Shown here piece after piece: positions 48,166 to 57,535 of a stretch of 64,000 nucleotides of DNA. Below the pieces are notes generated by a model, which worked only from the letters and a program-made list of their open reading frames with translations, had not been told where the DNA came from and searched no databases. The stretch comes from Candidatus Latescibacterota bacterium. GTDB lineage: Bacteria; Latescibacterota; UBA2968; GCA-2709665. Position 1 is the first letter of the stretch. Every line of letters starts with the position of its first letter. The stretch is from assembly GCA_965237675.1 (NCBI GenBank), contig OZ250150.1, positions 1,824,001-1,888,000 on the forward strand, written 5' to 3'. Position numbers and translations under genes: made by a program.

Positions 48166-48357
48166 TCTCGCCCTTCGCGGTCGCCCACATAATAGCGTTG
48201 ACGCCACCTGTTTTCGGTTTTTACCGACCACTGAAAACTCTTTCTGACGGGGCCGGGGGGAAAGGTCACGGCGCTGGCGTTAGATGATCAGAATTTCGCT
48301 CTTAGCCCCCCGCTGGTCTCTTCCTTTGCGTCTTCGTGTCTTTGTGTGAACTGAATT

Positions 48358-48386
48358 CCGGCAATCTATCTCCCGGACAGAATACA
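48358..48386. mobile_element. Isolated right end of the CTAG-MITE family (copy C)
   Basis: CGGCAATCTATCTCCCGGACAGAATAC vs CGGCAATCTATTTCCGGGACAGAACAC at 1652-1678. Confidence 0.5.
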
Positions 48387-48393
48387 GAAGCGA

Positions 48394-51300
48394 CTAATCC
48401 AATACCAGTTCTACCGACTTTTCACGCTCTGTCCCTGCGTGGTTGTCGCGGACCTTTACTTTCAGCAGAAACTCCCCGCCACCGGCTTTGCTCAGATCCA
48501 GCGACCGGAATTCCCTTGTATCCGGAGTATCGCCCAGTTGCGAAACGGTGACGGACGTGGTGGGTTTTTTCCCGCCGCCGAAAATTCCGAGCAGTCTCTT
48601 GACGCCCTTCTGTTTCAATCGGGTCAACCCGTACGAGATCTCGAACGAAGTCGTGCCACGTTCGTCGGGCGTCAAATTGTAAAGCTCGAAATAGATGTAC
48701 ACCGGATCATTACGTGAGAATCGAAGCGAGGGATTGGGTACGGCATGGATCCCTCGAAGGTTGAACCCGTCCTTCCCCTCGACATCAGGCCAGATCACGT
48801 GCGCCGGCACGACGCTGCTCATTTCCAGTTCCGTCTCCGAGAAGCCCGGTATACGCACGCTCTGCTTCCACCCTCCCAGCCGGTGGTCCCGCGAGGGCCG
48901 CAGGAAAAACGACGCGTGGCTTGAATCGGGGTCCGCGGAAAGCCGAAGGACGCCGAAACTCCTGTCCTCGTATCGCGACCGTTCCACCTGCGCCTTTCGT
49001 ACATGTCCGGTCAGGTTCTCAAATCGATTCCATTGCAGATCATGCAACGCCAGACCGTACTCGTAGATCGCCGACGTGTCGGGCAACTGACCGTAGTCTT
49101 TCTTCAACGCCTTGAAGGGCATTCCATAATACAACTCAACGTCGCCCCTGCCCCCTTCGCCCTTGAAATACGCCAGGTAGGATTCGTAATCCAGTTCATC
49201 GACGTCGTCAGTCCATGAATGCCGATCTGTCCGCAGCCCGATCTCCACGGACTGGCGCACTTCACGCCTGAATTTCTCATTTTCCCATCTGAGCCGCGCT
49301 CTGTAGTTCCCCGAGCCTGACAGGGATTCCACAAGGCGCCAGTTCGAACCCACACTACTGGGCGTCGCCACAAAATTGAACACCATCTTCGGATACGCAT
49401 CCGTCTTCCAGTAGTGCCAGATTTCGGCCATTGAAAACTTCTGCGTATCCGACGGACGTCCGTGCCGCACATAAACCAGGCCCGGGTCGTTGAACCTGTC
49501 GTTCAGCTCAATCGTACTCGGATACGGAATTACGTCGCCTTTATCGGGATCGTAAAACCACGTACGAAATCCATCGTAAACGTAATACCGTTCGGCATAC
49601 AGGATCCGCCGATAATGTTCCGCCAGTCGCACGTTGGGAAATACGGCGGGCGTGGGGTCGCGGCTCACCCAGACTTTACGGAAGAACTCCCGGTATTCCT
49701 CCGGTGATTCGAGCTTGGAAAACGCATCCATCTCCTCTACGTTAACGATATACTTCACGTCTTCGTACATCAGATGCGCATCAAGCGAGTCTTGTATGCT
49801 CTGCACCGCCTTGTCGTAATACTTCTCCCCGGCCTCAACGGCTTTGCGTCCATAGGCAATTCGCGCCAGGGCAAGATATGCCGGTATCACGCTCAACGGC
49901 GTGTCAGACGCGAGCCAGTCCTGCAAGACAGTATCGGCGCGGGCCGTCCGTTTGGCGAGGCGCAGCGCCTCGCCCTCGAAGTAACGTGCGTATTCCGATC
50001 CGTGTCTGCGCATCCAGTTCAACGCATCCTTCGGATTCGTATTGTCCAGATAATGCAGGTATAATCGCCTCACCCTGCGCCGGTGGACGGGGCCGTCCGG
50101 CTTTAACGCCACCTGTTTTTCGCCCAGCCGGATCGCATGTTCATAGGCTTTGTCATAACGTTTGAGCACGGCATACTGATACAGTGCGTCACGGTGTTGC
50201 GGCGCTATGTTCATCAGTTGTCTGAAGTACCGTTCCGATCGCCGCCAGTCCAGCCACCGTGTCACTGTCGCTTTGAACTTGCCGGCCTCTCGGTAGGCGA
50301 TGGCCCGCCGGTAGAGCGCTTCCGGATTATCCGGATCCTGCACCAGAATCCGCCCAGACCATTTTTTCAGATCCCCCCAATCCTCCTCCTGCATCGCCAC
50401 GTCGCTCAGCGCCATCAATGCCGAGGGAGATCCCGGTGACCGCTTCAACGCCTTCTTGAGGTGATATTTCGCGACTTCCCGGGTGCCCTGCTTCATATGG
50501 ACCCTTCCCAGTCCCACGTAGGAAGGCGCGTACTGGCCGTCCTCCGAAATCGCATCCTCGAATTGCTGCTTCGCTTCGTCGAATTTGCCGGCAGCCAGCA
50601 GACCGACCCCCTGGTTGTATGCTGCCGGCCCGCCGGGATCTGTCACCAGGGCCGCTTCCGGCGCCGTGGGTCTTGTGACGCCTGACCCGGAAGAACCCCG
50701 TTCCTGCATTGAAGGCGGCGACCACGGCCCGTGTTGCGCCCAGTAACCCATTTCAAAGCCGGTCGTCCGTTCGAAAGCCGCGCTCCGCTCCGCCGGCGCG
50801 GCTTTCAGGCGCGCCAGGAGCGAGTCGCTGTCGACCAGATGGATCACCCGGACGCCCTCCATGTCCCGAATGGCGACGGGTTCCGCACGATCCAGCAGCA
50901 ACTGACCCGGGCGCGGCACCATGGCGGAGGGAAAGACCAGCACGCCGCGTGCAGGCGGGTCTTCCATAGTCGCCCCCTGTGGCGCGTGCTCACCCGTGGG
51001 ATCTGAAATCGAAACGACTGTCATCGCCCCCGAAATGCCGCCGCCATGTCCTTCCGCGAGTTCCTCTGCCGCAGCCGCTACCGCCTCGGCGCTATGCACG
51101 GACACGTCCGCTTTCACGTTCGCCGCCATCTCCAGCGCTTTGTCGTCCGGCATGGACTCGTTCGCGAAACCCGAGATCGCCGGAATATACCCCACGCGTA
51201 TCGTATCGACGTCCCAGACGTCAGCCGCCATCTGGCCGCGGGTGCGGTTGACGATCAGGATGTTCGGCGTCGCCGGCGCCGGCATGACGAGATGCACCGG

Positions 51301-51729
51301 GGCGCCCCATCTGCCCGCCAATTCCCCGTCCTGCGTAAGGCGGTTCATAAAGGCCATCAGGTTCAGGCTCACCCGCGCGTCGATCCGACGCCTCCTGATG
51401 TCGGCCAGGTGCAACCGGGTCTCGTCCCCGCTGAACGAGCCCGCCTCCAGCGCCAGGTTCATGGCGTCGACGTCCCGTTTAAGCGTCCAGAGCGAATTTC
51501 GGTTGTGCGAACGCAAGCCTTTAAGCATCTCCTCGAAGTCGCCTGCGGGAGATTGTGTCGGCGAACCGGGTTTCACGACGTGGGGAGATCGACGCCCGTC
51601 CAACGTCAGGTGAATGCTGTCCACCGATCCTCGCAATCCCTGGACACGCACATCCAGCGTATCGCCGCCGGCCGCTTTCGTGCAGGCCAGCAACAGATAG
51701 AACAGAACGACGGATTTCACACCATGCAT
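48394..51729 (-). CDS. Exported protein: unknown N-terminal domain + TPRs + degenerate GWxTD-like domain (4)
   Basis: Start MHGVKS at 51729 (GGAGG RBS, signal peptide); 'W.SRDPTP...N.RLAEHYRRI.YA', 'NDPGLVYVRHGRP', 'PNPS..F....VYIYFELYNL'. Confidence 0.8.
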   Translation of the reverse strand: MHGVKSVVLFYLLLACTKAAGGDTLDVRVQGLRGSVDSIHLTLDGRRSPHVVKPGSPTQSPAGDFEEMLKGLRSHNRNSLWTLKRDVDAMNLALEAGSFSGDETRLHLADIRRRRIDARVSLNLMAFMNRLTQDGELAGRWGAPVHLVMPAPATPNILIVNRTRGQMAADVWDVDTIRVGYIPAISGFANESMPDDKALEMAANVKADVSVHSAEAVAAAAEELAEGHGGGISGAMTVVSISDPTGEHAPQGATMEDPPARGVLVFPSAMVPRPGQLLLDRAEPVAIRDMEGVRVIHLVDSDSLLARLKAAPAERSAAFERTTGFEMGYWAQHGPWSPPSMQERGSSGSGVTRPTAPEAALVTDPGGPAAYNQGVGLLAAGKFDEAKQQFEDAISEDGQYAPSYVGLGRVHMKQGTREVAKYHLKKALKRSPGSPSALMALSDVAMQEEDWGDLKKWSGRILVQDPDNPEALYRRAIAYREAGKFKATVTRWLDWRRSERYFRQLMNIAPQHRDALYQYAVLKRYDKAYEHAIRLGEKQVALKPDGPVHRRRVRRLYLHYLDNTNPKDALNWMRRHGSEYARYFEGEALRLAKRTARADTVLQDWLASDTPLSVIPAYLALARIAYGRKAVEAGEKYYDKAVQSIQDSLDAHLMYEDVKYIVNVEEMDAFSKLESPEEYREFFRKVWVSRDPTPAVFPNVRLAEHYRRILYAERYYVYDGFRTWFYDPDKGDVIPYPSTIELNDRFNDPGLVYVRHGRPSDTQKFSMAEIWHYWKTDAYPKMVFNFVATPSSVGSNWRLVESLSGSGNYRARLRWENEKFRREVRQSVEIGLRTDRHSWTDDVDELDYESYLAYFKGEGGRGDVELYYGMPFKALKKDYGQLPDTSAIYEYGLALHDLQWNRFENLTGHVRKAQVERSRYEDRSFGVLRLSADPDSSHASFFLRPSRDHRLGGWKQSVRIPGFSETELEMSSVVPAHVIWPDVEGKDGFNLRGIHAVPNPSLRFSRNDPVYIYFELYNLTPDERGTTSFEISYGLTRLKQKGVKRLLGIFGGGKKPTTSVTVSQLGDTPDTREFRSLDLSKAGGGEFLLKVKVRDNHAGTEREKSVELVLD

Positions 51730-51734
51730 GGCCC

Positions 51735-52208
51735 TTACCTCCACTGTTGCTCCAGTTCGGCTTCCATATCCAGAATCGACGCACGTATCTTCGCCAACTC
51801 CTTGCGAACCGGCGCCGATCTTCCATTTCCCGGCTGCGGACCTGTTTCGAACACCTGCATCCCCCAGATCGCAAGCATCAGCGCCGCGGCCACTCCCGCC
51901 GAGGCGAGCGCCCGCCGTGGAATCATGTCGAGAAGATCCGCCGGAATCCATCGTGCGCGCCGCGGTTGCGCCGCCAGACGTTCCGACAATCCATTCCAGA
52001 ATCCCTCCGGCGCCGTCGCGTTCGTGACCGTTGCCTCAAAATGGCTCCGGACCGCGTCATCGCTTCGACGCAGCCGTTCAAACGCGGGCGCGCAATCCCC
52101 GCAACGCGCCACATGTGCCCGCATGGCCTTCTCCTCCGCGGGCGATAAATCGCCGTCCAGGTAGCTATGCATCCGCTTTCTGGTTTCGCGACACTCAAGT
52201 TTCGGCAT
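51735..52208 (-). CDS. zf-HC2 (ZAS) anti-sigma factor with TM helix
   Basis: 'C.......YLDGDLS......HVARCGDC' HxxxCxxC motif, one TM segment, directly downstream of the ECF sigma. Confidence 0.9.
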   Translation of the reverse strand: MPKLECRETRKRMHSYLDGDLSPAEEKAMRAHVARCGDCAPAFERLRRSDDAVRSHFEATVTNATAPEGFWNGLSERLAAQPRRARWIPADLLDMIPRRALASAGVAAALMLAIWGMQVFETGPQPGNGRSAPVRKELAKIRASILDMEAELEQQWR

Positions 52209-52231
52209 GTTGCAACCCTTTCTCATTTCGG

Positions 52232-52843
52232 TCAGTCCAACAGACCCTGTCTCTTGATCTCTTTTTGCAATTTTTCTCGCGCCCGGTGCAGCCGGGACTT
52301 TACCGTGCCTTCGGGAATGTCCAGAATTGCTGCGATTTCACGTCCGTCGAGTTCATCCAGATAACTCAACACGACAACCTCGTGAAGCTTGCGAGGAAGC
52401 CGGTCAATCGCCGCGCGAAGCCTCTTCCGTGCGTCTCGTTTCTCGACATCGGCATCGGGGGCGTCACCGGCCGCGGCAGCCAGGCCGCCGAACCATTCCG
52501 GCGGTGTCAGACGCTCGAAAAGCCGCCACCGCCGGCGCCGCCGCGCGTTCAGAGCGGTACGAACCGCGATACGGTACATCCAGGCCTGAAACGGAACCTT
52601 TGCGGAAAACGCCCCGAGGCCCCTGTACGCGCGAACAAACGCATCCTGGGCCGCCTCCTCGGCCTCCTCCCGGTTGCCCAGAACCGAAAAGGCAACGCGG
52701 AAGACAAAGTCCTGGTGGGGTTCGATCAACCTCCGGAACGCGTCCCGATTTCCCGACAGACACCGTTGGATCAGGTCCCGTTCCAGGGGCATGTCGGTCT
52801 CCGGCTGATTGGCGACCTGATGAATCGCTGTCGAAGTGTACAT
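52232..52843 (-). CDS. ECF-type RNA polymerase sigma factor (start could also be 52792)
   Basis: 'G..DAF..L', 'EAEEAAQDAFVRAY', 'WMYRIA', 'EIAAILDIPEGTVKSRLHRAR'. Confidence 0.93.
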   Translation of the reverse strand: MYTSTAIHQVANQPETDMPLERDLIQRCLSGNRDAFRRLIEPHQDFVFRVAFSVLGNREEAEEAAQDAFVRAYRGLGAFSAKVPFQAWMYRIAVRTALNARRRRRWRLFERLTPPEWFGGLAAAAGDAPDADVEKRDARKRLRAAIDRLPRKLHEVVVLSYLDELDGREIAAILDIPEGTVKSRLHRAREKLQKEIKRQGLLD

Positions 52844-52918
52844 TTGACGATCTGCAAGTAAACCATCTTTTCCAGAGAACCGCCGAAGCGGCGCGGCGTA
52901 CCCTTGCTCACAACCTGA

Positions 52919-52945
52919 AAGACACGGCTTTTGTCGAGCAGGTTC
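52919..52945 (-). promoter_or_regulatory. Candidate ECF-sigma autoregulatory promoter
   Basis: Minus strand GAACCT-N16-GTCTT upstream of the ECF gene, matching the general ECF 'GAAC...(C)GTC' architecture. Confidence 0.5.
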
Positions 52946-53060
52946 GATAAATTTCACCAGTTTGATTCAAAAAAACAACAGGTATTGCGGGGAACGGAAA
53001 TAAGCTCGTGTCGTTTTACCATGGTGGGCGACCTCCGGTTAAACGGGGCCAAATAATTCC

Positions 53061-53089
53061 TTGACGCGTATATACCATGTCCGTACTTT
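53061..53089 (+). promoter_or_regulatory. Possible sigma70 promoter upstream of the R-M pair
   Basis: TTGACG-N17-TACTTT. Confidence 0.3.
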
Positions 53090-53466
53090 TTGGGTATACT
53101 CGGGCAAATGCGAGCAATGGCAAGTCGCAATTATAGTTGGAATCGCAGTGGCGTTTAGCCGGTCGCTAAGGCACCATACGTGTCGCGGTTCGGTTCAGAG
53201 TGGGATTATAACGAAGAGGGATCCGAAACGGTTACTGGTGCTACGGGATCGTTGAGTTGAGGCGTCAATCCAATAGATGAATTCTGAGGGATTTTGACGA
53301 CCTTTCTCAAGGTTGTTGAGGGTGTATCGCTGGGTAGGTAGAGCCAGGGGACTGTCAGCGCCGCATTGTTGTCTTTACCGGTACTAGGTCGTAGACAATT
53401 TGCGTGCTTTCCTAAACATAACGTCGCCAATTGTCCAAATGGTATTGGCACAAAGGGGAGTATTAA

Positions 53467-54066
53467 GTGACAAGAATAAGCACTTTGCTTGATTATTACG
53501 ATGGTTTGTTGCGGTGGGAAAATGTCCCAGTTCAGCCACTCGTTACGCGGTGGGATCCTTCAGAAAGTAATGCTATAGAGCGGGATTTCGCTCAAGCTTT
53601 AGATCGTTCACGGACAATTGGTGGTTTCATACCCATTGCTCCGGGTAGCACGAATCAATCTATAGGTAATCAAGTAGAAAGCCATTTCATTAGAGATATA
53701 CAATCACATCTCAGTGAATTTAAGATTTTCAACTGCTCAGGTGCAGGCTATCCAGATAAGACGTTAGTGCAACTAAGTAATAGAAAAGAATACCCTCTTG
53801 AATTCAAAGCGACAAGCCATTGGAATCCATCGGATTCTAACAGGCGAGTTCTGACATCATCGTCAACAAAGCTCAGAAGAAAGTTCCAAGGTTCTATAAA
53901 TCATATACTTGCGACCGTAATTTATGACAATTCGGGCGGAACCTGCCAAGTCCAACATCTTCGGTTAGACTTCCTTGAACCCCATACTCAGGTTAGTGTA
54001 AGGCTTGAAGCCTCAGTTAATCATAAGATTTTGAGTCAAGGATCTCACCAAAACGTAACCCTCTAG
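53467..54066 (+). CDS. Putative Type II restriction endonuclease (PD-(D/E)xK)
   Basis: 'GNQVE....GYPDK....LEFKAT' pattern; adjacent to a methyltransferase; AT-rich. Confidence 0.6.
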   Translation: MTRISTLLDYYDGLLRWENVPVQPLVTRWDPSESNAIERDFAQALDRSRTIGGFIPIAPGSTNQSIGNQVESHFIRDIQSHLSEFKIFNCSGAGYPDKTLVQLSNRKEYPLEFKATSHWNPSDSNRRVLTSSSTKLRRKFQGSINHILATVIYDNSGGTCQVQHLRLDFLEPHTQVSVRLEASVNHKILSQGSHQNVTL

Positions 54067-54075
54067 GGCAAATGT

Positions 54076-55341
54076 ATGGAACGCCTAAACTTAGAACCAA
54101 TTAGAAAAATAGCCACTTCGTATTTGGCCGGAAGAGAATCAAAGCTAATTGCAGAGTTAGAAGCCTATGATAAATTTGGAGAGGCAACAAGAATTGATCA
54201 CGTAATGGGTATCGGACTTGAGTATATACCCATTTTCATTAATGAATTTTGGACTTCTAAGCAGAGGGCAGCTCATAGTTTGCATGAAATTTCCTATAGA
54301 GCTTGTTTTAAACCACAATTGCCTAAATTTTTCATTGAAAGATTAACCGATGAAGGTGACTTAGTCTATGATCCGTTCATGGGTCGAGGCACAACATTAC
54401 TAGAAGCCATCATTTTAAAAAGAAATGCGATTGGTTGCGATGTTAATCCATTAAGCGTTAGTCTGCTATATCCAAGATTAAACCCGCCTACTTTAAGAGA
54501 AATTCAAGAGCGGCTCGATAGTATTGGGTTCGCATATGATGGTGTATTTCCGGATGATTTCACCGTGTTTTACCACCCAGATACGTTACGCCAGATTTGT
54601 GGTCTCAGGAAATATCTGATCGATAAAGTTGATAAGATCGATAGTGTAGATGCTTGGATAAGAATGGTTGCGACAAATAGACTTACTGGTCATTCTAAAG
54701 GCTTTTTTTCAGTATACACACTCCCTCCCAACCAAGCTGTTACAATCGAAAGACAAAAGATAATAAACGCAAGAAGACGCCAAGAGCCCGATTTTCGTAA
54801 CGTTCCCAAACTGATACTCAAAAAGAGCCGCTCACTATTGTCCAAGCTCAAGGCTGACGAATTGCAGGCTATAGAGGAATATGGTGATTCTACAATTTTG
54901 CTTACGCAATCGTGTGAAAAGACGAGCGGTGTCGAAAGCAATACAGTTTCATTAGTAGTAACTTCACCTCCATTCTTGGATGTCGTTGATTATGCGACAG
55001 ATAATTGGCTCCGTTGTTGGTTTAATGGTATTGACGAAAGAGAGATTCCAATTTGGACTTTCAGAAAAGTTGAAGATTGGCAAGAGCATATGAACTTGGT
55101 TTTCAAAGAATTAAAGAGGGTTCTTAAACCAAATGGGTATGTGGCTTTTGAAGTAGGCGAAGTTAGAAATGGGAAAGTTAGGCTCGAAGAGAATGTTATA
55201 CCTGCTGCCGAAGCTGCTGGATTGAAGCCTATTTTAGTCTTGATTAATTCTCAGGAATTCACAAAAACCTCCAATTGCTGGGGGGTTGATAATTTATCTA
55301 AGGGTACTAACACCAATAGGATAGTGTTGCTGAAAAATTAA
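54076..55341 (+). CDS. DNA amino-methyltransferase (likely N4-cytosine, alpha-type motif order)
   Basis: Motif I 'DPFMGRGTT' near N-terminus, motif IV 'VTSPPF' C-terminal, 'RVLKPNG'. Confidence 0.88.
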   Translation: MERLNLEPIRKIATSYLAGRESKLIAELEAYDKFGEATRIDHVMGIGLEYIPIFINEFWTSKQRAAHSLHEISYRACFKPQLPKFFIERLTDEGDLVYDPFMGRGTTLLEAIILKRNAIGCDVNPLSVSLLYPRLNPPTLREIQERLDSIGFAYDGVFPDDFTVFYHPDTLRQICGLRKYLIDKVDKIDSVDAWIRMVATNRLTGHSKGFFSVYTLPPNQAVTIERQKIINARRRQEPDFRNVPKLILKKSRSLLSKLKADELQAIEEYGDSTILLTQSCEKTSGVESNTVSLVVTSPPFLDVVDYATDNWLRCWFNGIDEREIPIWTFRKVEDWQEHMNLVFKELKRVLKPNGYVAFEVGEVRNGKVRLEENVIPAAEAAGLKPILVLINSQEFTKTSNCWGVDNLSKGTNTNRIVLLKN

Positions 55342-55397
55342 CGATCCTTTGTAAGGATCCCCGCCGATAAGGTGACCCGCTTCGCAACGGCGCACAC

Positions 55398-55435
55398 GCC
55401 CACCTACCAACCGCGTTCGCGGTTGGTAGGTGGGC
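55398..55435. repeat. Perfect 18-bp-stem hairpin (GTAG-type REP doublet-like)
   Basis: GCCCACCTACCAACCGCG-TT-CGCGGTTGGTAGGTGGGC. Confidence 0.75.
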
Positions 55436-55618
55436 AAATGATATATTTGGTTGAAATAGTCGAGGCGTTTAATCAACAGCGAAGGCATTTTGCGTGTCAC
55501 AATCTAGATTGATATGTTTGCATTGAGCAGGTCTGAGAGTTGGCCGAAATCGGACCCCATTAATCCGCGTAACACGTCCTCACTTGCGTTTCTCACCATC
55601 TTTACGGAGATTTGAGCC

Positions 55619-56989
55619 ATGCTGGACCCGAAATACCTTCTCGACGACCGGAAAATGCAGGAATTCATCGCCAACGGGTTTATCACCATCAAAGTCGACC
55701 TCCCGCCGGAATTCCACGAAGAAATCTACAGGAAGACCGACGAAGTCTTTATTAAGGAAGGGAACCCGGGAAACAACGTTCTGCCTCGCGTTCCCGAAAT
55801 CCAGACCGTTTTCGACCAGCCCGAAGTTCGGGGCGCCTTCACCTCCATCCTGGGGCCCGACCATACCATGCACACCCACCGCCACTGCCATTTCAACAAA
55901 CCCAACGGGCCCGGCGGCGGATGGCACAAGGACAGCTACTGGGGCTACCAGAAACTGCGTTACCACCGCAACCGGTGGGCCATGGCTTTCTATTATCCCC
56001 AGGACGTCAAACTCGAAAACGGCCCGACGGGCGTCATTCCCCACACGCACTGCTATATGGACCGTCTCAAGAATCCGGACGACGCCGGCGTATCCGTATG
56101 CGGCGAAGCCGGCATGATCGCCATCGTCCACTTCGACATCTGGCATCGGGCCATGCCCAACCAGGTGGACACAAGACGGTATATGATGAAATTCCAGTTT
56201 ACACGCATGTCCGAGCCCCGGCGGCCCGAGTGGAACCACAGCGACGATGCATGGCGTAACGCTGACGTCGGAAACAAGCACCCGTTTGTCTGGTCCAGCC
56301 TCTGGGACTGGTCACGCGGTTTGAACGCCAACGGCCATGCGGGCGACGTGGACGCGCTCGCACGGACGTTGCGGGAAGGCGATGAATCCGCCCGGCTCAA
56401 TGCCGCGTACGAACTCGCCGCCACCGGAGAACCTGCTGTTGCTCCGCTCTCCCGAGCCCTTCAGTCGGGTGACGACAACGTCAAACTCAACGCGGCCTAC
56501 GGTCTGGCCGCCGTCGGTGCGCCCGCGGTTCCCGATCTGGTCTGCGCGCTCAAACATGAGGGCGAGAGGGTCCGCGGCCACGCAGCGTTCGCCCTGGGCG
56601 ACGCCGGCCCTGAGGCAGCCGAGGCGGTGTCGGCCCTCGCGAATGCAATGGACGATCCCTCCGAATGGGTGCGCCACCACGCGGCCGAAGCCCTGGGTAC
56701 CATCGCCGGCAACCCGGACGAGGCCGTGCCCGCTCTGGCGAAAGCGTTGAAGGACGACGACGTCCAGGTTCGTTACAACTCGGCGTATTCCCTTGCGCGT
56801 TTCGGAGCGGACGCCGAAGCCGCCATCCCCGCCCTTCACGAAGCCCTGCAGGACGAGAATCGCTACGCTTCAGGACACGCCGCGGTGGCGCTCCAGTATA
56901 TCGGAACACCCGAATCGCTCAACATCCTGCTGGACCATCTCAGCACGGCGCGGTGGTGCCCTATTACGACACGGGAAGACCTTTATTAG
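55619..56989 (+). CDS. Phytanoyl-CoA dioxygenase-like (2OG-Fe(II)) domain fused to HEAT repeats
   Basis: 'F..NGF', WHKD (HxD), 'NGPTGVIP', 'IWHRA', then repeated 'VR..AA.ALG...AVPAL..AL.D' HEAT units. Confidence 0.85.
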   Translation: MLDPKYLLDDRKMQEFIANGFITIKVDLPPEFHEEIYRKTDEVFIKEGNPGNNVLPRVPEIQTVFDQPEVRGAFTSILGPDHTMHTHRHCHFNKPNGPGGGWHKDSYWGYQKLRYHRNRWAMAFYYPQDVKLENGPTGVIPHTHCYMDRLKNPDDAGVSVCGEAGMIAIVHFDIWHRAMPNQVDTRRYMMKFQFTRMSEPRRPEWNHSDDAWRNADVGNKHPFVWSSLWDWSRGLNANGHAGDVDALARTLREGDESARLNAAYELAATGEPAVAPLSRALQSGDDNVKLNAAYGLAAVGAPAVPDLVCALKHEGERVRGHAAFALGDAGPEAAEAVSALANAMDDPSEWVRHHAAEALGTIAGNPDEAVPALAKALKDDDVQVRYNSAYSLARFGADAEAAIPALHEALQDENRYASGHAAVALQYIGTPESLNILLDHLSTARWCPITTREDLY

Positions 56990-57034
56990 GAATTGTCCCC
57001 CTCGGGACTCTGTTTGCGCGCCGCGTTTGAATTT

Positions 57035-57356
57035 GTAGGGGCAAGCCTTGTGGTTGCCCACATAATGGCTAATTTTTTTTACGCCCTTTTTCTTTCTCGC
57101 AAAGAAAAAGGGCCAAAAAGAACGGCGCCGCTCAAACGCCGCGGGGCTGCTTTTCCGCGAATCGCCTCGGTGAACGAAATTTGAGACATTGCCCTGAGAC
57201 CGCCCGAGCATACACGAGGCGTCATTGCTGGACGGATTAACGCGGAAAAGGGGGCGGTTCGCGAACCGCCCCTACAAAAACCTGACGTCCGTGATATTGA
57301 TATCGCCGTGTTTTGCGCCTACCTCGTATTCGTAGAGGCGACTCTTAGAGTCGCCC
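57035..57356. repeat. Cluster of GTAG-type REP hairpins (57035-57059 +, 57251-57275 -, 57332-57356 +) plus a T/A-tract palindrome near 57085-57115
   Basis: GTAGGGGCAAGCCTTGTGGTTGCCC; GGGGCGGTTCGCGAACCGCCCCTAC; GTAGAGGCGACTCTTAGAGTCGCCC. Confidence 0.75.
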
Positions 57357-57370
57357 ATGTCGTGGCGAGC

Positions 57371-57535
57371 ATATCGCTGATTGACGTCGCGGTGCCATAG
57401 CGTTAACCGCTGTTGGCTGAATGCTAAAGGCTCACTGCTGACCGCTATCCGTTTGCCTGTGTATTCGAAATTTGCGATGTTTTTACTTCAGAAGGGCTAA
57501 TTCGCAAGTCGGAACTGATTGGAAGTGGTTAAGAA
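57371..57535 (+). promoter_or_regulatory. Conserved 5' leader, duplicated at 58848-59005
   Basis: Near-identical (3 substitutions plus a 7-nt indel) upstream of both lipoprotein paralogs. Confidence 0.6.

Noticed and set aside
51730-51951. 74-aa N-terminal extension of the 1185-aa ORF
   Set aside because: Overlaps the anti-sigma gene; RBS and signal peptide support ATG 51729
53090-53460. Controller (C) protein or tRNA integration site upstream of the R-M pair
   Set aside because: No HTH-like ORF, cloverleaf or flanking direct repeat could be seen
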